Assembly (NCBI GenBank): GCA_028826165.1 | Contig: JAPDFW010000066.1 | Coordinates: forward strand, 372,001 to 436,000 | DNA from: Anaeramoeba ignava BMAN | Taxonomy: Eukaryota > Protista > Anaeramoebae | Reading direction: 5' to 3' | Length of the DNA stretch: 64,000 nucleotides | In this document: in pieces, positions 50,840 to 64,000 of the stretch | Numbering within the stretch: the stretch's first letter is position 1 | Layout of the letters: every line of letters starts with the position of its first letter | Position numbers and translations under genes: made by a program | The notes under the pieces: generated by a model | Database searches by the model: none | What the model was told of the DNA's origin: nothing | Seen by the model: the letters and a program-made list of their open reading frames with translations, nothing else

Positions 50840-52669
50840 TTAAAAAATTAAACAATTTTCTTTCTTTTTTACTTTTTGATTTTGGTTTTGATTATTAAAT
50901 TTGTTAATTAATAAATCAAATAAATTTGGATTTGTTTGATTTAATTGAAAATAATCAATTCCAATTTGAATTTCATTAATAATTTCTTGTGTAATTTGAA
51001 TTTCTTCTTTAATTTGATTTGAATAAATCCAATATTCAAATATTTGAAATGATTTATTACTTAATTCACTATAATCTGTAACTTTATTAGAAGTATCATT
51101 TGTTACAGATAAAAACATTCCTCGATATAATTCACTTCTCATTATTAATATTAATTTTGGAAATTTATATTGTTTTTCTTTTCTTTCAATTATAAAATCT
51201 TTTTCATTTTCATTTTCATTTTCATTTAAATAAATTCTTTTCATTGTTTCTTCAATTTTTTCATTTGAATTTATAATTTCTTTAATTTCATGAATATAAT
51301 TTTGGATTTATTTTGGAATTGTTTGAATAAATCATTTCAAATATTTGATTTGATTCTTTAATTGATTTTTTTGAAATAATTTCTTTAAGTTTTTCAATTT
51401 GATTTTGATTTTGATTTAATCTATATTTCAATATTAATTTATGAGCTTCAATTATTTCTCCATTTTCTGTTTTAAATGAAATATCACAAAATTCTTTTCT
51501 TTTAAATAATTTTATCAAATCTTCTTCAAGATTGGAAAAAGGAGAATAATAAAGAAATGATTTGTAATATCCACAAGAAACATGATAATTGGAAATATCT
51601 TCATTAAATCTTAATTTAGGAAGTTTTATTTGAATTGGAATTAATTGATTTTTTGTATTTCCAGTTCCTAATTGGCCATATTCATTTAATCCAAACGATA
51701 TTAATTTCCTTTTTGAAGTTAAAATCAAAGTATGATAAATACCAACAGAAATTTCAAGAATATTATCATTATTTTCAAATAAAGATGATTTGATTTCAGT
51801 AAATTCATTTGTATTTTTATATTTGCCAAGTCCATTATTTAGATAATCTCCACATGAATAAAGTTTTCTTTTTGGATTTTCATTTTCATTTTCATTTTCA
51901 ATCAACATTATTGAATGATAAAATCCACATTGAATATCAATTATTTTGCCTTTTGGAATATTTTGGATTTTGGGTTAATTTTTGGATTTCTATTTCTTTT
52001 CTTGATTCTCCTAATCCAAGTTGTCCATAATCATTTAATCCGCATCCAAATAATTCTTGATTTGAATTTAAAAGAAAAACAAAATATGAAGAATTTCCTG
52101 TAAATATTTTAGAAACATTTTTCATCATTAAAATTGGTTTTTCTGTTTTTGGAAGTGCTTGAGAATCAAAGCCAAGTTGACCATAATAATTTGAACCAAT
52201 TCCATAAGCATTTTGATTTGAAGTTAATAAATAAATTGAACTATATCCAGAAACAATATCTTCAATTATTCTATCATTTTGTATCTTCAATTAATGATGA
52301 AATATTGATAAATTCTTTTGGATCTTCTGAGTTAATATTATATCCTTTGGCAAATACATTTCCTTCTATTGTTAAAATAGCTTCATTTCCAATACCAACA
52401 GTTACTTTTTGAATATTTTCTTCAATTTGGATTTTTAGAGCATTTTGATTTGAATATTTTTTATTTAAATATTCTATTGCTTTTCCATTTTTAAAAAGGA
52501 AAATTGTTCCAAAATCTCCTGTTGAAATTTGTTTAATTTGTTTTTCATTTTCATTTTCATTTTCATTTTCATTTTCAAATTTAAATTGAATTGGTTTTGT
52601 TATTTTATTTGGTTTATTTTTGATAAGTTTTGGTGATTCATTTAAACCAAAAAATAAAATTTCATTCAT
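50840..52669 (-). CDS. RCC1-BTB protein, copy 9 (frameshifts), CLIF end
   Basis: Four consecutive ORF fragments colinear with the family. Confidence 0.75.
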
Positions 52670-52730
52670 TTTTGAAAAGAAAAAAAATGAAAAAAATGAA
52701 AAATAATTTTTGGAATTTTAATTTTAATTT

Positions 52731-54557
52731 TTAAAAAATTAAACAATTTTCTTTCTTTTTTACTTTTTGATTTTGGTTTTGATTATTAAATTTGTTAATT
52801 AATAAATCAAATAAATTTGGATTTGTTTGATTTAATTGAAAATAATCAATTCCAATTTGAATTTCATCAATAATTTCTTGTGTAATTTCAATTTCATCTT
52901 TAATTTGATTTGAATAAATCCAATATTCAAATATTTGAAATGATTTATTACTTAATTCACTATAATCTGTAACTTTATTAGATTTATCATTAGTTACAGA
53001 TAAAAACATTCCTCGATATAATTCACTTCTCATTATTAATATTAATTTAGGAAATTTATATTGTTTTTCTTTTCTTTCAATTATAAAATCTTTTTCTTTT
53101 TCATTTTCATTTTCATTTAAATAAATTCTTTTCATTGTTTCTTCTATTTTTTCATTTGAATTTATAATTTCTTTAATTTCTGAATATAATATTGGATTTA
53201 ATATTCTGTTTGAATAAATCATTTCAAATATTTGATTTGATTCTTTAATTGATTTTTTTGAAATAATTTCTTTAAGTTTTTCAATTTGATTTTGATTTTG
53301 ATTTAATCTATATTTCAATATTAATTTATGAGCTTCAATTATTTCTCCATTTTCTGTTTTAAATGAAATATCACAAAATTCTTTTCTTTTAAATAATTTT
53401 ATCAAATCTTCTTCAAGATTGGAAAAAGAATAATAATAAAGAAACGAAATGAAAGCACCACAAGAAATATGATAATTAGAAATATCTTCATTAAATCTTA
53501 ATTTAGGAAGTTCAATTTGAATAGGAATTGATTTATCATTTGTATTTCCAGTTCCTAATTGGCCATAAGCATTCCATCCAAATCCTATTAGATTCCCTTT
53601 TGAAGTTAAAATCAAAGTATGATAAACACCAACAGAAATTTCAAGAATATTATTATCATTTTCAAATAAAGATGATTTGATTTCAGTAAATTCATAAGTA
53701 TCTTCATTTTTGCCAAGTCCATTATATCTATAATATCCACACGAATAAAGTTTTCTTTTTGGATTTTCATTTTCATTTTCATCAACTTCTATCAAAATTA
53801 TTGTGTGAAAATATCCAGATTGAATATCAATTATTTTGCCTTTTGGAATATTTTGGATTTTGGTTAATTTCTTGATTTTTGTTTGTTTTTTTCTTGATTC
53901 TTCTAATCCAAGTTGACCATCTTGATTATCTCCGCATCCAAATAATTCTTGATTTGAATTTAAAAGAAAAACATAATTTGAATCATTTCCTGAAAATATT
54001 TTGGAAACATTTTTCATTATTAAAATTGGTTTTTGTGTTTTTTTAATTGTTTTAGAATCAAAGCCAAGTTGACCATAATAATTTGAACCAATTCCATAAG
54101 CATTTTGATTTGAAGTTAATAAGTAAATTGAACGAGCTCCAGAAACAATATCTTCAATTATTCTATCATTTATATCTTCAATTAATGATGAAATGTTGAT
54201 AAATTCTTTTGGATTATTTGGATTAATATATATTCCTTTTGGCAAATACATTTCCTTCTATTGTTAAAATAGCTTCATTTTCTTCACCAACAGTTACTTT
54301 TTGAATATTTTCTTCAATTTGAATTTTTTCAGGATTTTGTTTTGAATCTTTTTTATTTAAATATTCTATTGCTTTTCCATTTTTAAAAAGGAAAATTGTT
54401 GAGAAATAACCTGATGAAATTTGTTTAATTTGTTTTTCATTTTCATTTTCATTTTCATTTTCAAATTTAAATTGAATTGGTTTTGTTATTTTATTTAGTT
54501 CATTTTTAATAAGTTTTGGTGATTCATTTTTAAACCAAAAAATAAAATTTCATTCAT
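52731..54557 (-). CDS. RCC1-BTB protein, copy 10 (5' frameshifts), CLIF end
   Basis: ATG at 54557 (MNEILFFG) and ORF 52731..54251. Confidence 0.8.
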
Positions 54558-54647
54558 TTTTGAAATGGAAAATGAAAAAATGAAAAAATGAAAAAATGAA
54601 AAAATGGTAAAACATTCTTTTAAAAATTTCATTTTTTCTTTTTTAAA

Positions 54648-57600
54648 ATGTATGAAAAAATTGCTCAAATCCCTTATTGTGAAAATCAACTAAATAATAA
54701 AGTAAAAATTTCATCAAAAAAAATGAAAACAAAAATTAAAATTTAATCAAAATATAGTTTTTTAATAAATGTTTTAAACAAATTCCTCTTGGAATTTTAA
54801 CAATATTTGGTGAAATTATTAATACATGGTTTTCACCAAGAATATTAGCTATTATTTTGACATTTGTAATACTTATTATGCCTTTTATAATATTTGGAAT
54901 CAAAGAACAATCAATTCAACCAATTAAATCAATTGAAAGATTTTATCAAATGAAATTCATTGTTTTAAATTTTTTGCATAGAATTGGTTATGGTCTTGTG
55001 TTAAATGTTATTCTTTATACTATTTTTAGACAATCTCGTCCTTGTCTTTGTGATTTTGATGGTTTAGGTGAAAAACCATTTGGAAGTCATTATGGAATGC
55101 CTTCAGGTAAATAATATTTAATCCAAAAATAATATTTAATCCAAAAATAATAATTTAAAAATAATATTTAATCCAAAAATAATATTTAATTCAAAAATAA
55201 TATTTAATTTAAAAATAATATTTAATTTAAAAATATTATTTAATTTAAAAATAATATTTAATTTATAAATAATATTTAATTTAAAAATAATATTTAATTT
55301 ATAAATAATATTTAATTTAAAAATAATATTTAATTTATAAATAATATTTAATTTAAAAATAATATTTAATTTATAAATAATATTTAATTTAAAAATAATA
55401 TTTAATCCAAAAATAATATTTAATTTAAAAATAATATTTAATCCAAAAATAATATTTAATTTAAAAATAATATTTAATCTAAAAATAATATTTAATTTAA
55501 AAATAATATTTAATCTAAAAAAATAATATTTAATTTAAAAATAATATTTAATTTAAAAATAATATTTTAATCTAAAAATAATATTTAATCCAAAAATAAT
55601 AATTTTAAAAATAATATTTAATTTAAAAATAATATTTAATCTAAAAATAATATTTAATTTATAAAATAATATTTAATTTAAAAAAAATTTATTTAAAAAT
55701 AATATTTAATCCAAAAAAATAATATTTAATTTAAAATAATATTTAATTTAAAAAAATAATATTTAATTTAAAAATAATATTTAATTTAAAAATAATATTT
55801 AATTTAAAAATAATATTTAATTTATAAATAATATTTAATTTATAAATAATATTTAATTTAAAAATAATATTTAATTTATAAAATAATATTTAATTTATAA
55901 ATAATATTTAATTTAAAAATAATATTTAATTTAAAAATAATATTTAATTCAAAACAATATTTAATTTAAAAAATATTATTTAATTTATGAATAATATTTA
56001 ATTTAAAAATAATATTTAATCTAAAAAGAAATAATATTTAATTTAAAAATAATATTTAATTTAAAAATAATATTTAATTTAAAAATAATATTTAATTTAA
56101 AAATAATATTTAATTTAAAAATAATATTTAATTTAAAATAATATTTAATTTATAAATAATATTTAATTTAAAAATAATATTTAATCTAAAAATAATATTT
56201 AATTTAAAAATAATATTTAATTTAAAAATAATATTTAATTTAAAAATAATATTTAATCCAAAAAATAATATTTAATTTATAAATAATATTTAATTTAAAA
56301 ATAATATTTAATTTATAAATAATATTTAATTTAAAAATAATATTTAATCCAAAAATAATATTTAATTTAAAAAATAATATTTAATTTAAAAAATAATATT
56401 TAATCCAAAAATAATATTTAATCCAAAAATAATATTTAATCTAAAAATAATATTTAATCTAAAAATAATATTTAATTTTAAAAATAATATTTTAATTTAA
56501 AAAATATTTAATTTAAAAATAATATTTAATTCAAAAAAATAATATTTAATTTAAAAATAATATTTAATCCAAAAATAATATTTAATCCAAAAATAATATT
56601 TAATCTAAAAATAATATTTAATTTATAAATAATATTTAATTTAAAAATAATATTTAATTTAAAAATAATATTTAATTCAAAAATAATATTTAATTTAAAA
56701 ATAATATTTAATTTAAAAATAATATTTAATTCAAAAATAATATTTAATTTAAAAATAATATTTAATTCAAAAATAATATTTAATCTAAAAATAATATTTA
56801 ATCCAAAAATAATATTTAATTTTAAAAATAATATTTAATTTAAAAATAATATTTAATTTAAAAATAATATTTAATTTAAAAATAATATTTAATTTAAAAA
56901 TAATATTTAATTTAAAAATAATATTTAATCCAAAAATAATATTTAATTTAAAAATAATATTTAATCTAAAAATAATATTTAATTTAAAAATAATATTTAA
57001 TTTAAAAATAATATTTAATTTAAAAATAATATTTAATCCAAAAATAATATTTAATTCAAAAATAATATTTAATCTAAAAATAATATTTAATTTAAAAATA
57101 ATATTTAATCTAAAAATAATATTTAATTTAAAAATAGGTGATGCCTTAACTGGAGGAATTATTGCAATGTTCTTAATTCAAGAATTTCCCTTAAAACCTT
57201 TCATCACTCGATTTTTAGCAATTCTGTTAATGATTTTCATTTGTATGGAAAGAGTTTTTATGGGATATCACTCGCTTGGTCAAGTTATTATTGGAGTATT
57301 TTTTGGGATTATTCTTCATTTCTATTCAATAAAAATCCCCCAATATATCTTAATTATTGAAAATTTAATTCAAATCATCACTGGATTTATTCTTTTAAAA
57401 ATTGATAAATCGTTGATTTTCGAAGAGAATGATACAAATAATCTATTTGGTTGGTTTTTTTTTGGAGTTTCTTTTATTGTTTTTGAATCATTGAACTTGC
57501 TCCAATTTTATAAGAAAATATTCAATTTTTCTTATGCAAAAAATAATTATATCCAAATGCTTCAAATCATCTCCAAAAAATTTCATAATCAAATCAACAA

Positions 57601-57922
57601 AGAAATGGAGGATCAGACTCAAATAAATCAAAATGAATTTTCACAAAGAAATCAAAGAATTGAAAATGAAGATATCAAGAATCTAGATCATCATTTAATT
57701 GACTTGAAAAAAAGAAATAATAGCTTTGAAGAAATACTTCAAGATCATTCAATTCAAGATTTTGAAGATGTTCCACTTACTTTAAGAGAAGATTCTCAAG
57801 TGATTTTAACTCAAAAAATCAATATTCTGGAAATATCAGATTATTTTACAACAATTATTTTCTTCTTGGTTCAAATGTTAATTCTTGGCTTTTCTTTTGC
57901 TTGGGTTCAATATGGATGGTGA
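54648..57922 (+). CDS. PAP2-superfamily (dolichyl-diphosphatase-like) membrane protein
   Basis: Exons 54648-54701, 54758-55106 and 57138-57922. Motifs RQSRP, YGMPSG|DA across the phase-1 intron, and ERVFMGYHSLGQV. Confidence 0.75.
55107..57137. repeat. Intron made entirely of an 18-bp satellite (aaaaataatatttaattt)n
   Basis: The array runs from the donor gtaaataatattt to the acceptor aaaaatag. Confidence 0.9.
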
Positions 57923-58054
57923 AAAAAAAAAAAAAAGAAAGGAAAAACCAAAAAACCAAAAAGATTTTTGTTTTAAAAAATTCTAATTTAAATTGTTTGA
58001 TTGTTTGAAAAAAAAAAGTGGAACAAAAAAATTTTTTTTTCTTTCTTTTGGATT

Positions 58055-58867
58055 CTATTTTTTTTCAGAACAAATTGAGCATAAACAACGGAATCCAAAT
58101 GATAACTCAATTAGTTTTTTTCTAAAAGAAGGATTCAAATTTTCAGAATTCTTTCCAAGATAATTAAAAGTGATCTCTTCATCTTTTTTAATTTTTCTTT
58201 TTGTGACAAAAGAAATCAAACTTTGGTTTGAATCATTTGGTTGATTTTCGAAAATGAGTTCAAGATTAGGATCACAAGAATGGTTAATATAAGAAGAAGC
58301 AAGATATAAACCGAAAGTATGAGATTTTGAATTGAAAATTGAATTTACTTTCATAATTCCCATTAATCTTAAATATTTTTCAATTGAATCAATTATTGAC
58401 AAATTTATGTTCGCATTTTTGAAACAAGAAAAAAGTGTTTTATAATCATTTTCCCATTCCTTTGAAATAAATTCGGGATTCATAATAGTATAATCAAGTT
58501 GGTAAATATGTTTTAATAATAAATCATTTGTTGGTTTGATTTCCGAAAATTTTCTCACAAATTCCATTGTTAACATCATCCAATGGTATTGCATTTTACT
58601 TGAAATAAAACCTCTTTTTGATGATTCAATTGATCTTTTATAAAAAGGTATGAATTTTCCGTTTTTTTTTTCTTTTTCAAAATTTTCTGATTTTTCATTT
58701 GATTTTGTTTCAATAAATGCCTTTTCACTCATAATCTTTGTTCCTTCAGGTATTTCTGAATTGGAAAAAGAAGAGCGATATTTTTCAAAAGAATCCATAA
58801 CTTTTATATGGAAAGGAATAGATTTTTGAACTATAAATTTTGAAAAAGGTTGTAACAATTTTGTCAT
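58055..58867 (-). CDS. SET-domain (SMYD-like) lysine methyltransferase
   Basis: GLYLASSYINHSCDPN, IKKDEEITFNY and post-SET FRCLCSIC. Confidence 0.85.
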   Translation of the reverse strand: MTKLLQPFSKFIVQKSIPFHIKVMDSFEKYRSSFSNSEIPEGTKIMSEKAFIETKSNEKSENFEKEKKNGKFIPFYKRSIESSKRGFISSKMQYHWMMLTMEFVRKFSEIKPTNDLLLKHIYQLDYTIMNPEFISKEWENDYKTLFSCFKNANINLSIIDSIEKYLRLMGIMKVNSIFNSKSHTFGLYLASSYINHSCDPNLELIFENQPNDSNQSLISFVTKRKIKKDEEITFNYLGKNSENLNPSFRKKLIELSFGFRCLCSICSEKK

Positions 58868-58927
58868 GTTTTTTGAAAAGAAAAAAATGAAAACAATTTT
58901 GATTTTTATTTCATTAATAATTTCTTT

Positions 58928-60748
58928 TTAAAAATTAAACAATTTTCTTTCTCTTTCTTGATTTGATTTTGATTATTAAATTTGTTAATTAATAAATCAA
59001 ATAAATTTGGATTTGTTTGATTTAATTGAAAATAATCAATTCCTCTTTTAATTTCATCAATAATTTCTTGTGTAATTTCAATTTCATTTTTAATTTGATT
59101 TGAATAAATTCAATATTCAAATATTTGAAATGATTTATTACTTAATTCACTATAATCTGTAACTTTATTAGATTTATCTTGTTACAGATAAAAACATTCC
59201 TCGATATAATTCACTTCTCATTATTAATATTAATTTAGGAAATTTATATTGTTTTTCTTTTCTTTCAATTATAAAATCTTTTTCTTTTTCATTTTCATTT
59301 TCATTTAAATAAATTCTTTTCATTGTTTCTTCAATTTTTTCATTTGAATTTATAATTTCTTTAATTTCTGAATATAATTTTGGATTTATTATTCTATTTG
59401 AATAAATCATTTCAAATATTTGATTTGATTCTTTAATTGATTTTTTTGAAATAATTTCTTTAAGTTTTTCAATTTCATTTTGATTTTGATTTAATCTATA
59501 TTTCAATATTAATTTATGAGCTTCAATTATTTCTCCATTTTTGGTTTTAAATGAAATATCACAAAATTCTTTTCTTTCAAATAATTTTATCAAATCTTCT
59601 TCAAGATTGGAAAAAGGAGAAAGAAAAGGAGAATAATAAAGAAATGATTTTTCAGAACCACAAGAAATATGATAATTGGAAATATCTTCATTAAATCTTA
59701 ATTTAGGAAGTTCAATTTGAATTGGAATTGGTTGATCATTTGTATTTCCAGTTCCTAATTGGCAATAATAATTATATCCAAATCCTAGTAATTTTGAATT
59801 GGAAGTTAAAATAAAATTATGATACTTTCCACAAGAAAAATCAAGAATATTATCATTATTTTCAAATAAAGATGATTTAATTTCAGTAAATTCATAAGTA
59901 TTTTCATTTTTACCAAGTCCATTATATCGATAATTTCCACATGAATAAAGTTTTCTTTTTGGATTTTCATTTTCATTTTCTATCAAAATTATTGAATGCC
60001 AATATCCAGATTGAATATCAATTATTTTGCCTTTTGGAATATTTTGTATTTGGGTTAATTTTTGGATTTTTGTTTGTTTTTTTCTTGATTTTCTTAATCC
60101 AAGTTGTCCATATTCATTCCATCCACATCCAAATAATTCTTGATTTGAATTTAAAAGAAAAACATGAATTGAAGAATTTCCTGAAAATATTTTAGAAACA
60201 TTTTTCATCATTAAAATTGGTTTTTCTGTTTTTTCAAGTGTTTTAGAATCAAAACCAAGTTGACTATAAGAATTTGAACCAATTCCATAAACATTTTTAT
60301 TTGAAGTTAATAAATAAATTGATTGGTGTCCAGAAACAATATCTTGAATTATTCTATCATTTGTATCTTCAATTAATGATGAAATGTTGATAAATTCATT
60401 TGGATTATTTGGATTAATATCTTCTCCTTTGGAAAATACATTTCCTTCTATTGTTAAAATAGCTTCATTTTCAAAACCAACAGTTACTTTTTGAATATTT
60501 TTAATTTGGATTTTTTGAGGATTTTGTTTTGAATAATTTTCATTTAAATATTCTATTGCTTTTCCATTTTTAAAAAGGAAAATTATTGAAAATTCACCTG
60601 ATGAAATTTGTTTAATTTGTTTTTCATTTTCATTTTCATTTTCATTTTCATTTTCAAATTTAAATTGAATTGGTTTTGTTATTATATCTTGTTTATTTTT
60701 GAAAAGAATTGGTTTTTCATTTCTTCCAAAAAATAAAATTTCATTCAT
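58928..60748 (-). CDS. RCC1-BTB protein, copy 11 (3' frameshift near 59177)
   Basis: ORF 59174..60748 plus the family C-terminus continuing to a CLIF-like end at ~58928. Confidence 0.8.
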
Positions 60749-60789
60749 TTTTGAAAAGAAAAAAATGAAAAAATAATTTTTGGAATTTT

Positions 60790-61080
60790 AATTTTGATTA
60801 TTAAATTTGATAATTAATAAATCAAATAAATTTGGATTTGTTTGATTTATTTGAAAATAATCAATTCCAATTTCAATTTCATCAATTATTTCTTGTGTAA
60901 TTCCATTTTGATTTTGATTTGATTTGAATAAATCCAATATTCAAATATTTGAAATGATTTATTACTTAATTCACTATAATCTGTAACTTTATTTGAAGTA
61001 TTTTCAGTTACAGATAAAAACATTTCTTGATATAATTCACTTCTCATTATTAATATTAATTTTGGGAATTTTATATTGTT
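60790..61080 (-). pseudogene. 3' remnant of an RCC1-BTB gene
   Basis: Matches the ..PKLILIMRSELY..MFLSVT..VTDYSELS..FEYWIYSNQI.. segment, with no upstream part. Confidence 0.7.
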
Positions 61081-61168
61081 TTTCTTTTCAATTTTTGGAT
61101 TTTTTATTTTTTTATTTTCATTTTTTTCTTTTCATTTTTTGTTTCTTTTTTTTTATTCATTCTTTAAA

Positions 61169-62105
61169 ATGGAAATTGAAGAACCCATAATTTTAAAATG
61201 TTTAATAATAGGAAATACAAGAGTTGGGAAAAGTTGTATTCTTTTAAGATATTGTGATGGAAAATTTTATGTAAATCCTGGTTTAACAATTGGAGTTGAT
61301 TTTAGATTTGCAAGAACAAAAGTTAACGAAAATGAAGTTAAACTTCAAATTGTAAACAAAAAATTAATCAATTTTCCAAAAAAAAATTTTTTCAAATTAA
61401 AATTTAAATTAAAAAATTTTTTCAAATTTAAATTAAAATTAAGTGGGATACTGCAGGTATTTAATTTTTAATTAATTTTTATCAAAAAATTTCATTATAA
61501 ATAACTGAAATAATATCGCAAAAATTTTCAGGACAAGAAAGATTTAGAACAATTACAAGTACTTATTATCGATCTGCTGATGGAATTATTGTTGTTTATG
61601 ATGTAACTAACATTGATAGTTTCGAACAAGTTAAAAATTGGTTTCTTGAAATTTCCAATAATGCACCCCCAAATACTGCAGTTATTTTAGCTGGAAACAA
61701 AATTGATTTAGAAGATCAACGCGCGATTACATACAAAGAAGGAAAAGTAGATTAAAAAAAAAGAAGAAAAGCAAAAATATTTTATTTTTTTTTTTGGAAT
61801 TTTTAATTTAAGAAAAAATTTTTCTTTTTCTTACTTTTTTCCGTTTTTTTTTTTTCTTATAGAATTTTGCTGATTCTTTGAATTGTCCTTTTATGGAAGT
61901 TAGTGCAAAAACTGGTGAAAATATTCCAGAAATATTTGAATTAATTTCTGTTGAAATGTTAAAAAGGTTTAATTTTTAATTTTTAATTTTTAAAACAAAA
62001 CATTCTCATTTTTGTTTTTGATTTTTTTTTAGAAATAAAAAAAGACCAAAGAAACAATCACTTGGATTTTTAACAGAAGAAAAAAATAAGAAAAATTGCT
62101 GTTAA
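61169..62105 (+). CDS. Rab-family small GTPase (Rab1/8-like, divergent)
   Basis: Exons 61169-61351, 61444-61456 (13 nt), 61532-61746, 61863-61966 and 62033-62105. Motifs GNTRVGKS, TIGVDF, WDTAGQERF, GNKID, EVSAK and C-terminal CC. Confidence 0.88.
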
Positions 62106-62155
62106 TGAATTTTTAATTATGGATTTTGAATTAATAAAATCAAATATAAATTAAA

Positions 62156-64000
62156 TCATTTTAAAATTAAATTTAAATCTAAATCTCTTCTTAAAATCAA
62201 ATCAATTATTGAATTTGGATTTAATTGATAATAGTCTTTTAAGTCTTCAAATTCTTCTTTCATTTCTTTTGTAAAATCTTTTTTTTCATTATCAAATTCA
62301 TCATGATAAAGAAAATAAATTAATTGATTTATTGTTTCAAATGATTTCTTTGAATAATCATGAACTTGATTAGAAAAATCTTGAATATTTAATTGGAACA
62401 TTCCTTTGAATAATTCACTTCTTGCAAATAAAATTAATTTATGGATTTTAATTTCTTTTTCTTCAATAATTATTGTGAAATCTTTGGATGATTCTTGATG
62501 ATATAAGTGATGAAAATCTTTCAATATTCCCTTTCTTCCTTTTTTTGATTCAATCCAATTTGAATCAAATCCAATTTCTTTGAAAATTTTTTTCATTTTC
62601 TTTTCATTTGCTTTTTCAGTTTCAATTATAAGATCTAAATTTGTTTTTGGATTGAAATTTTGATAAATTTGTTGAAAATTTGGGAATCCAGTGTAAAGAA
62701 AATTTAAGGCAATTTCAACATCTTCTTTGGGTTTTAATTTACAAGCATTAATAAATTTTTGTAAAATTATCACATCATTATTTAATCTTGTTAAAAGAAT
62801 CAATTTATGCGCATTGAATTTTGAATAATTATTTGATTGAAGTTGGATATCAGAAAAATTATCATTTGAATTTAATAATTTGCTCATATCTTCATTTATT
62901 GAATTAACTTTCAAGAATATTTCAATAATTTCATCTGTGATTTCATTTTTTTTCAAATCAAAAATATTTCCATTATTCATTATCATCAATTCAGTTAAAT
63001 CTTTTCTTTTGAAATGAATTAATATTGAAAAAGCTGATTCATTCTGGATATTTTTTGCATTAATATCAATTCCTTTTTGGATTAATAATTCGATAATTTC
63101 AAGCGATGAATTATAATTTTTGGAAAGAAAATGCAAAGCTGTTCTGCCATTGATATCTTTAGAATTGATATCAATCCCTTTTTCAATCAATAATTGAATA
63201 ATTTCTATTGATGTATTTTGATTTTGGCAAGCAAGATGTAAAGCAGATAGGTATAAAATTGTTTTTGCGTTAACATAAATTCCTTGTTCAATCAAATGCT
63301 TTATAATTTCAAAAGAAGGGTTTTGATTCTTACAAGCAATATGTAAAGCATTTTCATTTTGATTTGTTTTTGAATTAATATCAATTCCATTTTCAATTAA
63401 ATATTTAATAATTTCAAGTGTTAATTTTGGGTTAAAACAAGCAAAATGTAAAGCATTTTCTTTTTTTGTTGTTTTAGAATTAATATCAATTCTTTTTCAA
63501 TTAAATATTTAATAAATTCTATTGATGGATTGATTTTATTTTTGCAAGCATAATGTAAGGATGTTTGATTGTTAATATCGTTAGCATTAATATCAATTCC
63601 TTTTTCAATTAATAATTTAATGATTTCTAATGCGAATTTTGAGCTTTCATTTCCACAAATAATATGTAAAGCTGATGCACCTGATTTTATTTTTGCGTTA
63701 ATATCAATTCCTTTTTCAATTAATAGTTTGATAATTTGAATTGCATTTTCAGAGTTTGGGTTTTGACAAGCAAAATGCAAAGCTGTTTTGTTTTGATTTC
63801 CTTTAGCATGAAGATCAATACCTTTTTCAATCAACAACCTGATAATTTCAAATGATGGATTTCTGTTTAAACAAGCAATATGCAAGGGTGTTTCGTTTTC
63901 ATATATTTTTGAGTTCATTTCTATCCCATTTTCGATTAATAATTTAATAATTTCTATTGATGAATTTGGATTTTGACAAGCAAAATGTAAAGCGCTTTTG
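62156..64000 (-). CDS. Ankyrin-repeat + tandem BTB-like protein, intronless in the visible part; 5'-truncated; frameshift(s) ~63420-63495
   Basis: Continuous TPLH/TALH..IEKGIDINAK repeats. BTB-like AHKLILLTR and IHKLILFARSELFKGMF. Confidence 0.85.

Noticed and set aside
13811-60748. Many frameshifts read as pseudogenes or programmed frameshifting
   Set aside because: Most lie at or near homopolymers, and one hits the conserved LCB2 gene. Visibly degraded stretches (15480-16000, 46100-46750) point to assembly error. True pseudogenes cannot be excluded without reads.
1-64000. tRNA/rRNA genes, transposases, inteins, telomeric repeats, alternative genetic code
   Set aside because: No supporting motifs were seen. 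TAA, TAG and TGA all occur as gene-ending stops.

Overview
Very AT-rich, intron-containing eukaryotic (protist) DNA read with the standard genetic code. The gene content (RCC1-BTB and ankyrin-BTB expansions, NQ/EN low-complexity tracts) resembles an Anaeramoeba-type amoeba, but that is inference only. Homopolymer frameshifts suggest an imperfectly polished long-read assembly. The main result is at 24437-33955 on the minus strand, where the ORF track is almost empty. I read it as one ~881-aa N-myristoylated ankyrin-repeat/BTB gene of 91 exons. Fifteen ankyrin repeats are each an exact 96-nt phase-0 exon. The beta-hairpin loops between them are spelled by 73 microexons, 63 of them a single 3-nt codon (AG|NNN|GT), separated by 57-125-nt introns. 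Eleven of the 15 gaps hold exactly the 3 codons needed to complete the 35-aa repeat. The other gaps build an acidic loop (20 microexons), a basic loop (11) and two slightly longer loops (4 and 5). A second gene (5712-1709) also has two 3-nt microexons. The rest of the window holds 11 RCC1-BTB paralogues with hypervariable blade residues, a TPR-pseudokinase, SPT (LCB2), LBP/BPI, a tail-anchored coiled-coil protein, a DOCK GEF, a CCCH-PARP, a PAP2-like protein, a SET protein, a Rab, an intronless ankyrin-BTB gene and several satellites. All gene models were derived by hand and need RNA evidence.
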